A stretch of DNA of 64,000 nucleotides from Tubiluchus corallicola (lineage: Eukaryota > Animalia > Priapulida). How positions within the stretch are numbered: position 1 is the first letter of the stretch; each line of letters starts with the position of its first letter. The notes below the pieces were generated by a model. The model was not told the DNA's origin. It saw only the letters and a list, made by a program, of their open reading frames with translations, and made no database searches. The stretch is from positions 62,001 through 126,000 of the forward strand of contig JAQGDQ010000502.1 of assembly GCA_030141605.1 (NCBI GenBank), written 5' to 3'. A program made the position numbers and the translations under genes. Shown one piece after another: positions 32,087-46,684 of the stretch.

Positions 32087-35000
32087 TAGTCTGGCAGCCA
32101 AAAACGGGATAAGTTTTTTTCTCAGCAGTCTTCTCATTTTCTGATGGTCCATTTCAAGAATATTAAAGGTTATGTAGTGCATGCAGTCTTTGTCACCCTT
32201 GAGCATAATGAGATATTGTATTAAAAATGTCACACTAAAAAGCGTGTGCTATGACAAACCAAAAATGTGTATGTTATCAGAAGCTACCTCTGACATAGAG
32301 TTAACATTCATACCCAGATTTTGAGCAAGCGGGTCTTGAGCAAAATATATGATACTGACTTATTCAAGCATTAGAGGACCTCAGTCAATCAATGTAAACA
32401 TCGCTGAAGTTCTGCCCAATGAATTGTCTCTACTTCTAACATCAACTGGTAATAATTAGTAAATTATTTTGCCTTATCACTTATCGCATCACAATTTGCA
32501 GATGCACATGCTCGTGGAATCGGTGATTGACATTGGTAAGACACTGAAAAATTACTTAAGCATCATTCCAGACAGAAAGCCATTGGGACTACAATGTGAT
32601 ATTGTCACTTTTTATTTTGCTGTACGAAGAAAACCATGTTGAATGTACTCGGGCATTCCCAATATTAATGCTCCTTCGTCTAACCAGCCTAATGGAATGA
32701 ACCAAAAGCCACTAAATTCAACAGGTGAATCCTGTGGGTAGTCATGCCCAAACTATCGTACCGTGTCTGAAACTAAACTAACTGCATGAGACAGTAAGAT
32801 GAGTATAACAGATGCTACTACGACAACTATGAGCAATTTTAAAAATGATCACATGTCCTTGTGCTGGACAAATTTCTGGATTTTGCTATCAATAGTGGAA
32901 GCAGTTAGAGAAAATGTAGCGAATGCACATTTAAGCATATATGATGAAAAACTCACTTGATGTGACCAAATATGTCTTAATGGCACAAAGTGTGAAGTTT
33001 TCAAAGATATCACGTTATAGAAAACCATTATAGCTAGTTACCTTGCCTTCTACTGTAAAATCAACGCCAGGTACAACTTCAAAGACGATCTGATGCTATT
33101 GTTCTGAAACAAAGCATGCAAATCTTAAATGTGATTGTAATATACACAGTAGTACCAAATTAGTTTGCATCGTGTGCCTTGCAAATAATAAACAAACAAA
33201 ATCGGCACCATTTATTAAAGTGATCGCAAAGCAAAAACGAGGAAATGGACTGTATGAAAGCTGCAACATAGTTACGGGAGTATTGATATAAGGAAGGCAG
33301 TGAGTAGAGGTACGGATTCGTACTCGTCTTTTCTGCGATTACCGAATACGGATCTGTACCTTTATTCACTGCCTTTAAAGGAAATGTTACCTACTAATTT
33401 ATAAATGATGCAAAATTAAATTTAGTAGATTGAGAATGGAATAACACGTGAACCATTGCGAAGAATCGACTCTAATACTTACTTTAACGATTTTTGTGTC
33501 ATTCTCAAACACAATTTTTCGACAGTTTTGGTTTGTTATAGTACGCGCTTTTCTAATGTAACACATTTAGCTAAACATCCAAATTGCCCCAAGGGTGACA
33601 GAAGCCCACAATAGTCTCAAAGAGGACCATCAGATCATAAGAAAACCACTGAGAAAAAACTTACCCCAACAATGCAAGGCTCATCCCACAGGCTGCCAGG
33701 CTACAGCACTTATTCTAGACTTCATTTTTTTTAAAAATTTACTCAATTGAATTGGACAGGTTTAACAAAAACAGCTATATGGCTGTTTCAAGCATTTTGT
33801 TACCTTATTTAGCATAATGCAAATCAACTTAGTATAGTGTTTTGGTTAGAAATTATTACAACAGGTAATTAATGGACATATGTAAACAGCTTTAATTGTT
33901 GTGCATGTTCTCCAGCACACCTTAATAAATGCTAAAAATGTAGTGTGCTAGTAGTTGCACTGCAGGGTAAAGGAAAATTATTAGTTATTTAAATCTTGTT
34001 GACGAGATATAGTAATTTAAAATTTTACTTAATTATTGACGTGTGCTCTACGAATGATGTGTGCGCTATTTTTTCAAACTTTAGGCAATGTTATCTAAAT
34101 TTGTTTCGAACGAACTACCATCAAAATGGCTGCACCTAACAGTTATCACAGGAGTTTATATTTTGAAGTTTTATACAGCTTTACTGTTATTAGCAGCACA
34201 TAAGAAATTTGAAATCTGTTAATATGACAACATAATAAGTGAGAGACGATTGCAATAACGTTATTGTTGAGTAAAAAAATTATATTTTATCACATAATTC
34301 AATACGTAGAACAACTAAGGCATATGTAATGTACAATTTCATTTTCTTGTTTATTTTTATCTAACATATTAATTTGTACAATTTTCCAGTTGTAGATCAT
34401 AATTAGAATTCAGTTTTTTATAATAAAATACTTGTATATTAGTGAGAGTATAATAAATAAAAAAGTCAACTTTGCAAGTACATAATTATTAGTTTTCTTA
34501 ACTTGTTAAAAATATCATTATAAAAAACAACAACAACAACAACATTATAATGATTTCCAGGCAATAATTGCTGGGTTACAGTACTTGAACCTTTTTCAAG
34601 TACAAAGACACAAAGTACTTAACCCCAAGCCTAGCAATAATACAGCGTCATGCCGCATCAGTACAAATTCAAAAATATATATATATACACGTAAAATTCA
34701 TTTTACAAAGCACCATAACTAAGAACTATAATACATGTTACTATACAAAATAGTAAATAAATTTGTGCACAAATGTTTTAGTTTCATAATTGTTAAGATG
34801 TGACAACACACAAGCCACATAGTTATAGGTTTTTAACAACAATTTCAAGTTTTATGGTATAAATGTGGAAAAAATTTGTACAATTAACAGAGTGGTCATG
34901 ATTGCAGCTAAATACGAGTACAACTGTACATTGTAGTCATATAAAATTAGAGAAAAATAATTACAGCTTATAAATAATTACAGCAGCAGAATTCAGAAAC

Positions 35001-35714
35001 TAACGATAATAGAGTAGCGATAATGTCTCATATCAACATTAACACGTACACATATATCCGGATTGTGTAACAATGACCAGTATGTAACATGATTTGTACA
35101 CAGATTTAGAAAACCACTAGGTAATATGATGTAAACTAGATTACAATCAATTATACAACATCATCTGCTGGACAGAGCTAAAGCTCTAACGTAAAGTCAG
35201 ACTCATATTAAGGGTTGTTATTTACATATCATATTTCAGCTACTACAGAAGTAGCATGAATATTTGAACAGGTTAGGACTGCACCTTCAATTTTCGAGTT
35301 TTTACAATTTGTAGAATTATGAGTAAAAGCTAACAGATGCACGTTTGTTAAATTTTAGAGCAAATTTGTTTCAAACGAAATCAGTAAATTTTATTAACGT
35401 TTAAGCTCAAACTGCGTAATGACATTTTTACGAAATATTAGTGAAAGCGGACAATTACTAACAATACTTAAACATGCAAATGAAGAGCCATTTATACACA
35501 ATGAAGGACAGCTTACTACGTAAGGTCTTGTGAGAAAATCAAGACGTCTGAGGTCATTTCCTACCTTGCAAGTGGGATGTGATTGAATAAAGTGTAACAA
35601 CTGTGCTAACAAGTACAAAAACTGTACATATATAGTTTACTTACATAATTATACAGTCCCATAATTATTAAATTAGATATCACATTAGTTTTGTTAATTA
35701 ATTATCTACCAATA

Positions 35715-37889
35715 CTATCTCCACGTAGTGTGAAAGTTTCCGCTGTACAAAATATCGTCGTCGTCGCTTTCTATCCCGGAAGGCAACAGCTGCGTCAGTT
35801 CCTGATATTCGCCTCTATTGGGCCGTCTCCGATTTTTCCATCGCTGGTTAAACTGACGGATGTAGTTCATCTTGCTTCGAATGAGTACTGAAAAGTATGA
35901 AAGAAATGATTCATTAAATACATCATTGTGTGACAAAACTGATGCATGCTATATCCAGTGACTCAGCAAGCTCAGAAACTAAACTATTTTTTGCATACAA
36001 TTGTTTTCATACATCCATTAAATACTTGTACACAATTTTTTTGCATACTTTTCTTTCAAAACTGCTTAAGTTTTCAAAACAAAAATATATTTTTTTGACA
36101 TTTTAGGTAGTAGGCAGAAAGGTTCTGCTTTGAGTGTTTAGCTATTTTTGTGGGCAAGTGCAAGTAATGCTTTTAATCATCAACCACTATACTAATCATA
36201 CAACGTCAAGATATGAGCTATAATTATTAATATTTCCTTATTATCCTCACAGTGGACACCTTCAACACAGCACCTGTCACAAACCACTCAGTATATTGGT
36301 AACTACAAAAAATCGTAAAAATGTTGAAATACTACTATAGCGGTGAAAAGATTTGGCGTGCAACTTGCCAAGACAAGATCCCACACGAGACAGAGATAAT
36401 TTTGCAGAACCTAAGTACACACACTGCTTAATATCAGGACTCCTCTTAGAAGATACACATAAACAAAAACAGATCAGCGATTATTGTTCAAGACCAACTA
36501 TGGATGAGAACTCCAGTCATAGATATAAAAAGACGGTCATAACACTAAGCTGGGACTGCATGCCTCGGTCAAAGGATTAGTATTTCATGATACTAGAATG
36601 AATGAAGTAAGGATGAACTAATGGGTTTAGTTAAGGTATTGTTATTTCAAATTGTATATAATCCTTGCATGCCAGTAATAAGGTCTGAAAAGAGTAAAAT
36701 ATATGCAGTCTGCTGAACCCACTAGCGACCATCACTCATTCACGACAAGGCATTCCATTTGAAACTAAGCGCCACTGCGATTACATTTATTCTAATAGTC
36801 TGCTAGTAAGAAACACAATTTAATCAAAGCCGGCCACAAAAAATGTTTCTGTATTATCTCATGAGCACAAAACACATCAGTAGGGGAGTAACAATTTTTT
36901 TCTTAAAGCTTTACGAATGTTTAAAGCTGAATAAAATCAGTTGAATTCAAATTTTGTTTATTTCCCACTGGTTAGCAGTAATGTTATAATTTTTTCAATG
37001 CATATTTTTTCGCACTTTGTTTTTTAGTTTTTTGTTTCGCATTACTAAATTATTGCATAATTATCGATTATCATATAGTCTGTTTTTTATACGATATGAA
37101 CGTTTGTTCTGATAGTTATGGTGTAAACGGCAACACTACCTGGCCGCTAATATGCTGATTTGGCGACAAATACGATACTGTTTGGTCTGCAAAACAATAA
37201 TCACCATCATCTAAAATGGCAACTTTGGCCTAAAGATATCTGTAGGAAAACATGGTTATGTTTCGCTGAAACAACAATGTTATAATAATTATTACGTTTT
37301 ATGGTTTAAATTAAAAAAATGCGCTGTGATAAGACTGCATCAGGAAATTATTTGAGCATACAAAAAATGATAAAATTCCCGGCTGGGTGAGTGATAAAAA
37401 ATATTACCTGGGCGATTAGACGAATTAGCAGTTTTTCCAAGTATTTTTGTTGTCGGCCCAATGTGCAATAAATTGTTTTCAGGATGGAGTCAATGTTTTT
37501 GAAAATCAGCTCTTTATATGGGCAATTTAATGTGTATAAGGTGAGATGATTAATGTCTGTGAAATATCTCAGATGCATCACTACATACCTGATATCTGTT
37601 CAAACTTCACAACTTGATCGGGTGAGAAAACATTTTCCCGCTCATCGGTGTCATAAAATCGTGTCAGCCATAACCTTGAATGTATCACTGTTACTAAAAT
37701 CAATAAGCATAAAAAAATCAAGCTACCGGCAGCCCAGTACTTATCTGAAGCCGGTACTACGAGATTTGCAATGTGGTGGATGCCATGAATCGTTGCGTTC
37801 GCCACTAGAGTACTGTTCTCAATGGAGGTGGTAGTGGCAATAACAGGATCTGTTATTCTTGTGCTGGAATGGTAACTTCTGATCATCAT
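35715..37889 (-). CDS. Uncharacterised small single-pass membrane protein (~157 aa); exons 37889-37589 and 35887-35715
   Basis: Phase-1 GT-AG splice joins two ORFs in frame. The product has an S/T-rich N-terminus with NST/NAT sequons, a hydrophobic helix (YWAAGSLIFLCLLILVTVI), and a tail with YQEL and ESDDDDILY. An acceptor at ~37951 implies an upstream UTR exon. Confidence 0.55.
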
Positions 37890-40509
37890 GATTCAGTTTT
37901 GTAGTTTTTTACTAGAATAGCTCCAAGCATTGTATTGCATGCTGTATCACCTGAAATAATATTTATGCAGATTAATGTTTGGTATTATACAGTCAAGTAA
38001 AGTCATTATCGTTTTGTTAACAAAAATTGCAATAGGAACTAAAGAAGGTGCACTTGGTATTCAAGTAGTTGGGTTTTACATTTTCCGATTATAATTAGGG
38101 ATGAAACAGCTCTGGTTCCAGATCTACAGATCCTGTAATTTTAATGGAATCGGATTCGGCAAAAAATGTTTGTCGGATTTGGCACTGTTTGTGTTTGTAT
38201 TTATCTATGTGTAAAATTAACGAATGCACACAGATTGCGAAAAAAATTAGACCGGGTAAGGAAAAATATACAAAACGGTTCAATTACCCGAATAGGCTTA
38301 TTTTTCAAAGAATTTGACGGATTTCTACAAAAAACTTCAGAAATTTACGAAAACTATTGCTTAGTATTTATGCCACCATGGTTGTAGCACAAATGATGCT
38401 CGTAATCTTCAAGTTTAAATAAAAGAGGAGTTAACACTACAAGCGCTAAGAAGAATTAAAATGGTTGCAATGGTCATGTGACAAAAACTGCAGTGTTTTG
38501 TGCCTTGCAGCTTGAAAGTGCCTAGTAAATGGTAGAGAAGGCGTTGTGAGATACCCAAATCACTGATGCTGTGGTTCCGTCCATCAAAGAGCATGCAAGG
38601 ATAGTGCTATTGCGTAACAGCACTCCCATACTCAGTGTGCCGTTAGCAACACCTTTACAGGGCCCTGGGTGATGATGGAGAGCTTCACCTTGAGCATGCT
38701 CAGTAATTGATGACTGTGCAATTGCACTAATTTATATAATCAGCAGCCTATCTAAGAAAGCTAGGTAGTGCAGTGTACCAGTTTTTGTCAACACCGCAGC
38801 ACCTGTACATAACCATATTATTGTGTCAATAAAGTGTTTATTTTTTACACATACTGGTTATTGTGCAACTAACATTACAAATGACGTAAAAATGTCTCCT
38901 AAAAATCCTAGAAATCTACTTTTTCAAGGACAGATCAACGTGTGCAGTGTTTGTAGTTAAAATTACTCAGTAACCCTGAAAACAAATAGGCGATGCAGCA
39001 CATGAACAAACGGCAAAACAAACGAAATATCGTTTACTTCAATTTGTAGATCCGGACCTATGCATCCCTAATTATCATGTCCTGGTGAGTACAGGTGGTT
39101 TACTCACCAGTAAAAAAAGGTTTCACACTTATTTAGCTTTAAGCCAAAATTGACGAAAATACTATATAAATAGGTTTAATTACTCGTAAACTGTAAAGAA
39201 CAAAATTACCAAACATTTTTCCTTAATATTTTGCATATTAACTACACAAAAACCAAAAAAAACGGACTAACCAAGATAAGGACAGATTTACTTTATTCAA
39301 TTTTGTATAAAGTAAAATTGCAGCTTCGCATAAAGTACTACTACTACCAAAAACAATTTGAAAGTAACAAACGCAGGGCTTCCTAAACGCAAGTTTACAG
39401 CGCTTACCTTCATGAAAAATCCGATTTGACAATGTCATTTAAATTAGATCGATGTTTAGCAAATTCCTCAAAGCCAGTGTCACATTTTGCCACATTTGCT
39501 TTTACGTTCAGAAAACTACTCTTAATTTAAAAAACACTGCCTGTCTACCATTTTCAATTTTGACTTGTCAGCACTATGGGCATTCTTCCATAGAATGACG
39601 ATTGTCAGTGACAACGCATTTGCTCACGACCAATTTCATTATCATAGGCAAAACGTTATTAGTACGAGAATTTTTACTGAACATAAAGTTTTTGGTTCAT
39701 TCGGTTGAAAAAAATCAGTAACGAATGAGCTCTGTTTTTGTGCTTTTGCAATGCAGTCCGCTCCGACAGTAATAATTTGTAGTTTTTTGTCGTGTCGAAC
39801 AGAAACAGTTGCTGCATGGTAGTTAATTTCAATTTTTTTCAATTTCAACAGTTAAGAAACAAAGCTTGTGAAACCATTATGAAATCAAAAGCATCATAAG
39901 TAAATTAATATAATATTCATATAAATTTGATATAACAGTGTATATAAATGTAATAAACAAATTTAGATGGAAAAGGTGTGTAAGAACTTATATATTTATA
40001 GAAAAAGAACTTAAAACTAAAATAGAAACTATGATAAAATTGACATTTAAAAAAATAAAACCTTCCAAAAACAAATGTATGTCAAAAATGCAGATGAGAC
40101 GAAATGAAGAATAGTATGGCAATTGGCTTAATATTGTAGATGTTAAAGCAAATATTAAAAATCTATATAAAGGGGATCTGAAATGTTCTTTATGTCAGGT
40201 AGCAGAGGATACTAATGAATTTGAATGTAAAGCTGTGTATATCAACAAATTGGGCCTATCCTTGCAAGGGATAAGTGAGTGAAGCATAGATAAATTACTC
40301 TGACTAGGATGTATGTTGACAAGCTAATGAAACTAAACATATAATTAAAGACGAGTGAACACTGAACAGTAAAGGCAAGTTGACGTTAAAAGATATTTGG
40401 TGTGATTCGGAAAACAAGTTAATCGTGTTATTGATCTCGCAAATAGACGCTTTTTATTGACGTCTGTTTGCTCGCCAGTGGTGGTGAAGAGGATCGAACG
40501 TATCCACGG

Positions 40510-40871
40510 TAGGGGTGAGCATCGAATGTTCGAGTTCTAACGTTTGAATCAAATTGGAACGTTCGAATTCAATTCGAATAATTCAGCACTTCAATCACAT
40601 ACGTTCTTTATCATTAAAACTATTGGTACACTATGTGATTAGCATAATTTAGCTGTGATTTCTGTGCACAATTTTAAACAAATTATTAATTTGTAAGTTG
40701 CAGAACAAAATTGAGTTATATCCATGATCTTTGTAAAACTGATTTCTACTGGTGGTTCGAAAATCTTTCAATTCCACTTCGAGTTCGTTCAAACTACTGA
40801 AGTTCGATTCGAAATTCGAAAGTCACAAATTTGATTCGATTTCGCTATCAGGTAGAGCACGCTCGCCCCTA
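40510..40871. mobile_element. hAT-type MITE
   Basis: TIRs TAGGGGTGAGC / GCTCGCCCCTA, near-perfect 8-bp TSD ATCCACGG / ATCCTCGG, and subterminal TTCGA repeats. Confidence 0.75.
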
Positions 40872-41629
40872 ATCCTCGGTATGAAAAGTGGACAAAAAGC
40901 TGATAAATTATCAAAAGTGAGAATTCACAGAAATAAAGAACAAGATGGACAAAAGAAAGAAGAAAAACGAAGTAGAAAACAGTTCAGCAAAGAAATGTTA
41001 TGAAAAAGTATGAAAATGTGAGCGGTAAAGCAAGCAGTTGCTGGATGTACTTTAACTGTCGAACTGTGATTGTGCATGTATATAGACAGCGAGGTGATAG
41101 GAAACACAGTCAGCTAGATTTAAAATTACATGGTTACGAAAAAGGGACTAAATCGAGGAACGGTTTAATTTTTGCAGGTATAATAAAATGGTTATTTGTA
41201 CGAATAGAACAGGTCCCTACAGGACAGGTTCAGCGTTTTCAAGCTTGTGGCTACATCTGTTGACTGAAAACGACACTAATCCACGAGAATGCGAATTTAA
41301 ATTTCATTATAAGTGATTTTCGAAAATTTACGCGTCTGTCCAACGTATGCTTTGTTGTTATCCAACCTTGATCCTTTCAGCTTTTAATGATTTCTTGAGG
41401 TAGGAAAATTACATTTGCTGAAATGCTGATTGTACATTTGGACAGACATGACACTTGTAATCCTGGATTAAATTTTTATTTGCGCAGCTCACTAACATTG
41501 CTTACAGGAGATTTTACCTATGTAACTGTGGAGTGTGGACACATCAATATAGGAAACTGTACCAGCATGAATTACTGAAGTCAGATATTACAGGTCTGAC
41601 TGAAAGAGGTAGAAAGAAAGGAACAGTTA

Positions 41630-41787
41630 AACAAAGAGGGAGAGAAACAGGAGAGACGAGGGGGAACAGAGAGCTAGATAAGTAGGGAGGGGGAGAGAGA
41701 GAGAAATGAGGGAGAGATAAATAGATGGATGGAGGGAGGAGTGAGGGAGGGGAAAGAGAGAGAGAGAGAAAGAGAGAGAGAAGGGAA
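41630..41787. repeat. Purine-rich (GA)n-type low-complexity tract
   Basis: The plus strand is almost exclusively G/A over ~150 bp. Confidence 0.85.
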
Positions 41788-44700
41788 AATATGAATTAAG
41801 AATTCTATTTTTACATACAGCACTGTGCCATAATTATTTTACGCCTGCACACATCATCAGTTTGAGTCACCCAGTGTAAAGCGACGAGAGTTGTTGAAGA
41901 GAGTAGAACTTCCATTCACGTGTGAATTTAACTCATTATCACCACCCCGTTTGTATAACACACAAACAATCAACACTACTATCGTATACACAAAAAGTAC
42001 AATCATATCGCAAATGTACATGGTAATGTACTACGGCAATGAAGGAAAGCCTTGCCACGTACATAGTTACTAAAAATAACTGCCATCCAGTAACAACAGT
42101 TAGAGTTTCACGGTAGGGCCTAATATGCCATGTCACGGTAGATAACCACTTAATGATTACGGTCAGTTTAGAAGCTAGATCGTTCACCTTGCGATGAATT
42201 ACGGCACTCTGTTATATAGGTGCACAAAGCAGAAAATGATAACGGACTCTAAACAACCAGTTTTGTGTAAAAGCATTCCAAGCGTGCATGACTAACGTAA
42301 ATAATATCCTAGCATTAAACGAGGCATGTTATACTTCAGCGACGTTAATTTAAAAAGTAAATTAAGACTAGAAAAGTGATTTCATTCACTTTTTTTACAA
42401 ATATATGTACATATAATGAGATAAACACAAAAACGGAACAATATTGTCATAAAAGGATACTACAAATGGCTTATCTTCATCTCTTGTTTATTTTACACAC
42501 TCGTACTGTGATTAGCATTTACAACTCAAACACAAAATGGCACGATTATTTATAAGTACATATTAATAAATTACACAATAGTTATTAACAACAAATGGTT
42601 TAAAAAGAAAATGCAGCAATGGAATACGACAGACAGTGAAAACCAAATTAAAACTTAATTATAATTATAATATACACCACTTTAATTTCACTGGGGACAA
42701 CTCCTGTTGTAACTGAACTGGACATGTTAAGACAAATTTAGCAAAAGGATAACGATATGATGCAATATTTTTTTGCGATATGCTAGGGATAATGTTAAAG
42801 TAATATCGAAAAATGACGTACGAAAAAACACTGTATACTATACACTGTACACACATTCAAGCAGTGGTTGTCCGTTGTGCGTATGGCCATTTAGTTAGAA
42901 AACAATGACGCACTTAATAATAAAAACGCCATTAACACTTCATTAACTATACAGTATTTAAAATTAACATAACTACTGTACACATTCGTTATTAACAGCT
43001 TTTGGTGCACTATGAAATTACAACCATGGAGTAAGGTACTGTACAAAAAAATTAGGATCTTTTCCCAGTATGTTTCCAAAATAAAATTTACTAAATAAAT
43101 ATTCTTTACATGTGTAGTATGGTTAATGGATAGATTGTCATACATTGACTACATTCATAATAAACTCTCATCAAAGCACTGCATCTGGAGGCTTCAAGTT
43201 TGGAAGCCAAGCAAAATTTTCCATAACGATGCAGGTGATCAGTAACCCATGAACTGTACAGCCTAGCCCCAGAGCCGGCAAGGCAGAAGAGTATATTTTG
43301 CCAAAGTTGCCACAAATGAAATTTTCATGTTTTAAGAGGCTACAATCTATTAATTAACTTATCAATTTGACTTATGCAGCAAACAACATTTTTCGAAAAA
43401 CATCACGCCTTTGTTATTGTGACTAGCACCAAGCAGTCAACAGATGTTATGTAGGTTGCCCAGTGTACACCAACAACGAACACAGTAAGACATACAATGA
43501 ACTCACTGCAGTATAGCTGATGTATATTTGCTTGTAACTAGACCCAGTGACACACTGATTAGATAACAGCTAATTAGTAGTACCAAAAACCTGAATGAAA
43601 GAGCATCGAGTACCTCTCCCCCTCTCCCACCTTCACAATCGTGTACAAGTTTCCAGAGCATTCGAGTTCATTAACAGTTGTAACAAGTATTTAGAAGATA
43701 CAATTATTTTTAATTAACACATGTATAATAACAACTAATTATTACAGCAAACACTTAACACATCGCGTATGTGCACTTACAATATTGTGCATTTTATGAT
43801 AGGACATGATTCAGGCAAAAATACTTTTTGGCAAGCGATGAAAAACATTTGCAATTAAAACAGTTAAAATCCGACTCTTGCAAACGATTTGCGTTTACCG
43901 CTAATAAAACTGTGCCCGCAACACCCACTTTTGCAGCAGCCCTGTTTGTTAATCAGTGCTATTACTGTAGCTTTCTTGCTACCAGACAAATTAGAAATTC
44001 TCAAATAAAGAAGTAGCAATTCTAACCTCAAAAAATCTGATTTAGTACACGTATTTATGACCAAAGCCGGGAAAAGTACAGCATGCACATCTAAGGACTT
44101 CCTGCAGAAACAGGAAAAACATTCATTTTTAATCTTGTTCTAATTTTGCAACATTTGTAGATGAAACCATAAAAAAGCAGACGGAGTACAGTTTTAATTA
44201 CTTGAAATAAAAGTTGGCAATTTACTACCTGACAGTACTTCAGCAGTAATTGTGGTATCATACCTGCCCAAAATAACCACAGGTTCTGTAAAAGGCTTCA
44301 GTTGCCAGCTTGTGCAAAACAAGTGTTATTTTTGTTTCGGTCTTTTCACTACCCTGTCTCTCTTAGAAGTCGCATCATTTGTTAATGCCATGTTGATTAT
44401 GTTATTGAGACAAATAAATTATTCTGCATTCTGTATTTGTTTCAAAAAAGCAAAGTGTCTTCAGTGAAGTAAACGAAGTGCAACACAGTTAGTGCTGCAA
44501 CACAGCTGCCCATATTTGGAATGTCAAGGAGACGATTTCCGAACTTACCAGAACTGGACCTACGTGTTAGAGAACGTGAAAAAACAGACTCTGATCCCAG
44601 AATAACGAAAATACAGATACCTTAATTTTCAAAATATAAAAATATATAACAACACTACTCAAATAAGCCTATGCTTGATTTTAGCTTGCAAACAAAACAT

Positions 44701-46684
44701 CCTTATGTGGCATCTTGCAGTCAATTTAGCAGACAAAAATATACAAAAGCCTGTTTTTTAATGAAATATATAGCCATCTCCTTTTTTAAAGCCTTCCACC
44801 TTTTAAGTTAACTGTTGATTGTAAACATATACCAATAATACAAATGTGTGCTTGCATAGCAAAATCGTCCTTAAGCCTGCAATTAACGTTTTCTAGTTAT
44901 TCACATACCCTGAATCTCCATTTCATGAGGATCAAGCACATCGCTCCATGTTATTTCTAAGCTGAGATAATCCACGTTGAAGTTGAGAAGCAGTCTATGC
45001 AGTGAAAAACGTAATCTTGAGAAAATCATTGTTAAAGTCAGCCATTGTTTTTTGTCGCGTCTCTACAAGACACTTAGCAACCGTACGAAAGTGTGGTTGC
45101 TATGGACTTTGTAACAGCACAATGAAGTTATGTTTCGGTAGATGGCTGTTCCTGACGAAGATTTGGTCTTGGCAACAGAAAAAACCCGAAGCAAAATGAC
45201 TGTTTCCACGAGCTACTATTGGAGTTTGAAAATACAAGTTTTTTTGCAATTGCAGTATTAGTTTATAGGCAGAGAAATGGGCACTGGGTTATAAAATTAA
45301 ATTTTTAGTATTTTTTGGACATTTTCTTGATAATCTGTTGCTAGAATATAAAAGTCAAATATATTTAGCATTTCTTTTTATAAAAAACAAAAAATTAACA
45401 TTAGACCAAAATTTTGGTGCATTCTACTTTGAAGCATCATAACGTAGTTTTAACTATGATGACTTATGGACGGTTTTGGTATGAAAGTACATAAATATAA
45501 AAATTCTTTTTATTCTTAATAATGGAAATACAAATGCAAAATACAACTACCTTAAAATATGCCCAAGCACAGGTAAATTACAAACAGTTGTATCTGATAC
45601 CATGCTGGAGATATCTGAATTTTTGCAAAAGCAACACTTCAGAGTTTCGCAAATGCCGACAAAACTAGTTCAATGCAACGGATACTAGTAGGCTCTGTTC
45701 ATTAGACATACAGTTAATAGAAATGGTCGCCTAATGGACTCAGAAATGTCTGGTATGCGCTGCCATTATTCAAATGTATGTAAAAGGTATATAAAATAGG
45801 TAATTATCTCAAATAACTCCGCGTAACTGACTCAATATTTTTGCTTCACGTACTTAAAACATGACACTTGTGTGTGATGAAGGAGTTTTCGTTAATTTTA
45901 TGTCATCTTTTCTTCACTTTTGTGCACTTTAATATACGTAAAAACAGAAAGGTTAAGTATAACTTTGTTTCAAAGCAGGTTTGTTTATCATGCACTAATA
46001 AAAAGCAAAACTGCCACACCAGCATATTAGACTAATATGCTACTGTGGCAGTTTTGTTTTGAATTTGGCACACTCTCATCTGTTTTAATTAATCTTGCTG
46101 CCCAAGAATTTCTGGAAGCTAAACTTTTAATCACTTACCTAGCCGTTTCGTTTTGAAGCTCTTGCTGCTTTTCGCCGAACATTTAATCAGTTACCTGTTG
46201 CTGTTATGCCAGCAACACAACGGCAGTAATCTGTCAGTATTCTTTGCGACTTTATAAGTGTAAATATGAAATGCAGCTAAGAGCACAGAGTTAATTTTGA
46301 AAAGTATAGTAAAACACAAGCACAAACACCTAATATTTAAAGCTCTAGCAAGAGTGATGTGTTGTACATCAAAGACTAGTAATAATACACCACGTGGGTT
46401 AATAGATCCAGTCAGCTAATTGGGTCAAAACACTTCAATCCCAAAGTGAGAAGTGGGTCTATAAAGCAGGGGTTACTGTATTAAAAATGGGAAAATAGGT
46501 GAAATGTCATATGCAGAGTTAGCGGAAGATGTGGCCCACGGAAACTGCTTCAACAGACGCAAATTGGAAAAGTACATTTCCTCAAGTTAATAATTACTAA
46601 CAACATTGGTACTGTACAGCTTGTGAACTGTAAAACAATGATTAGAACGTATTTACAAGGACCATTCTTGCGAACACCTCAACA

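Noticed and set aside
39900-40330. Possible gene with a Cys motif
   Set aside because: Multiple stops; at most a heavily decayed LINE 3' fragment, too degraded to call.
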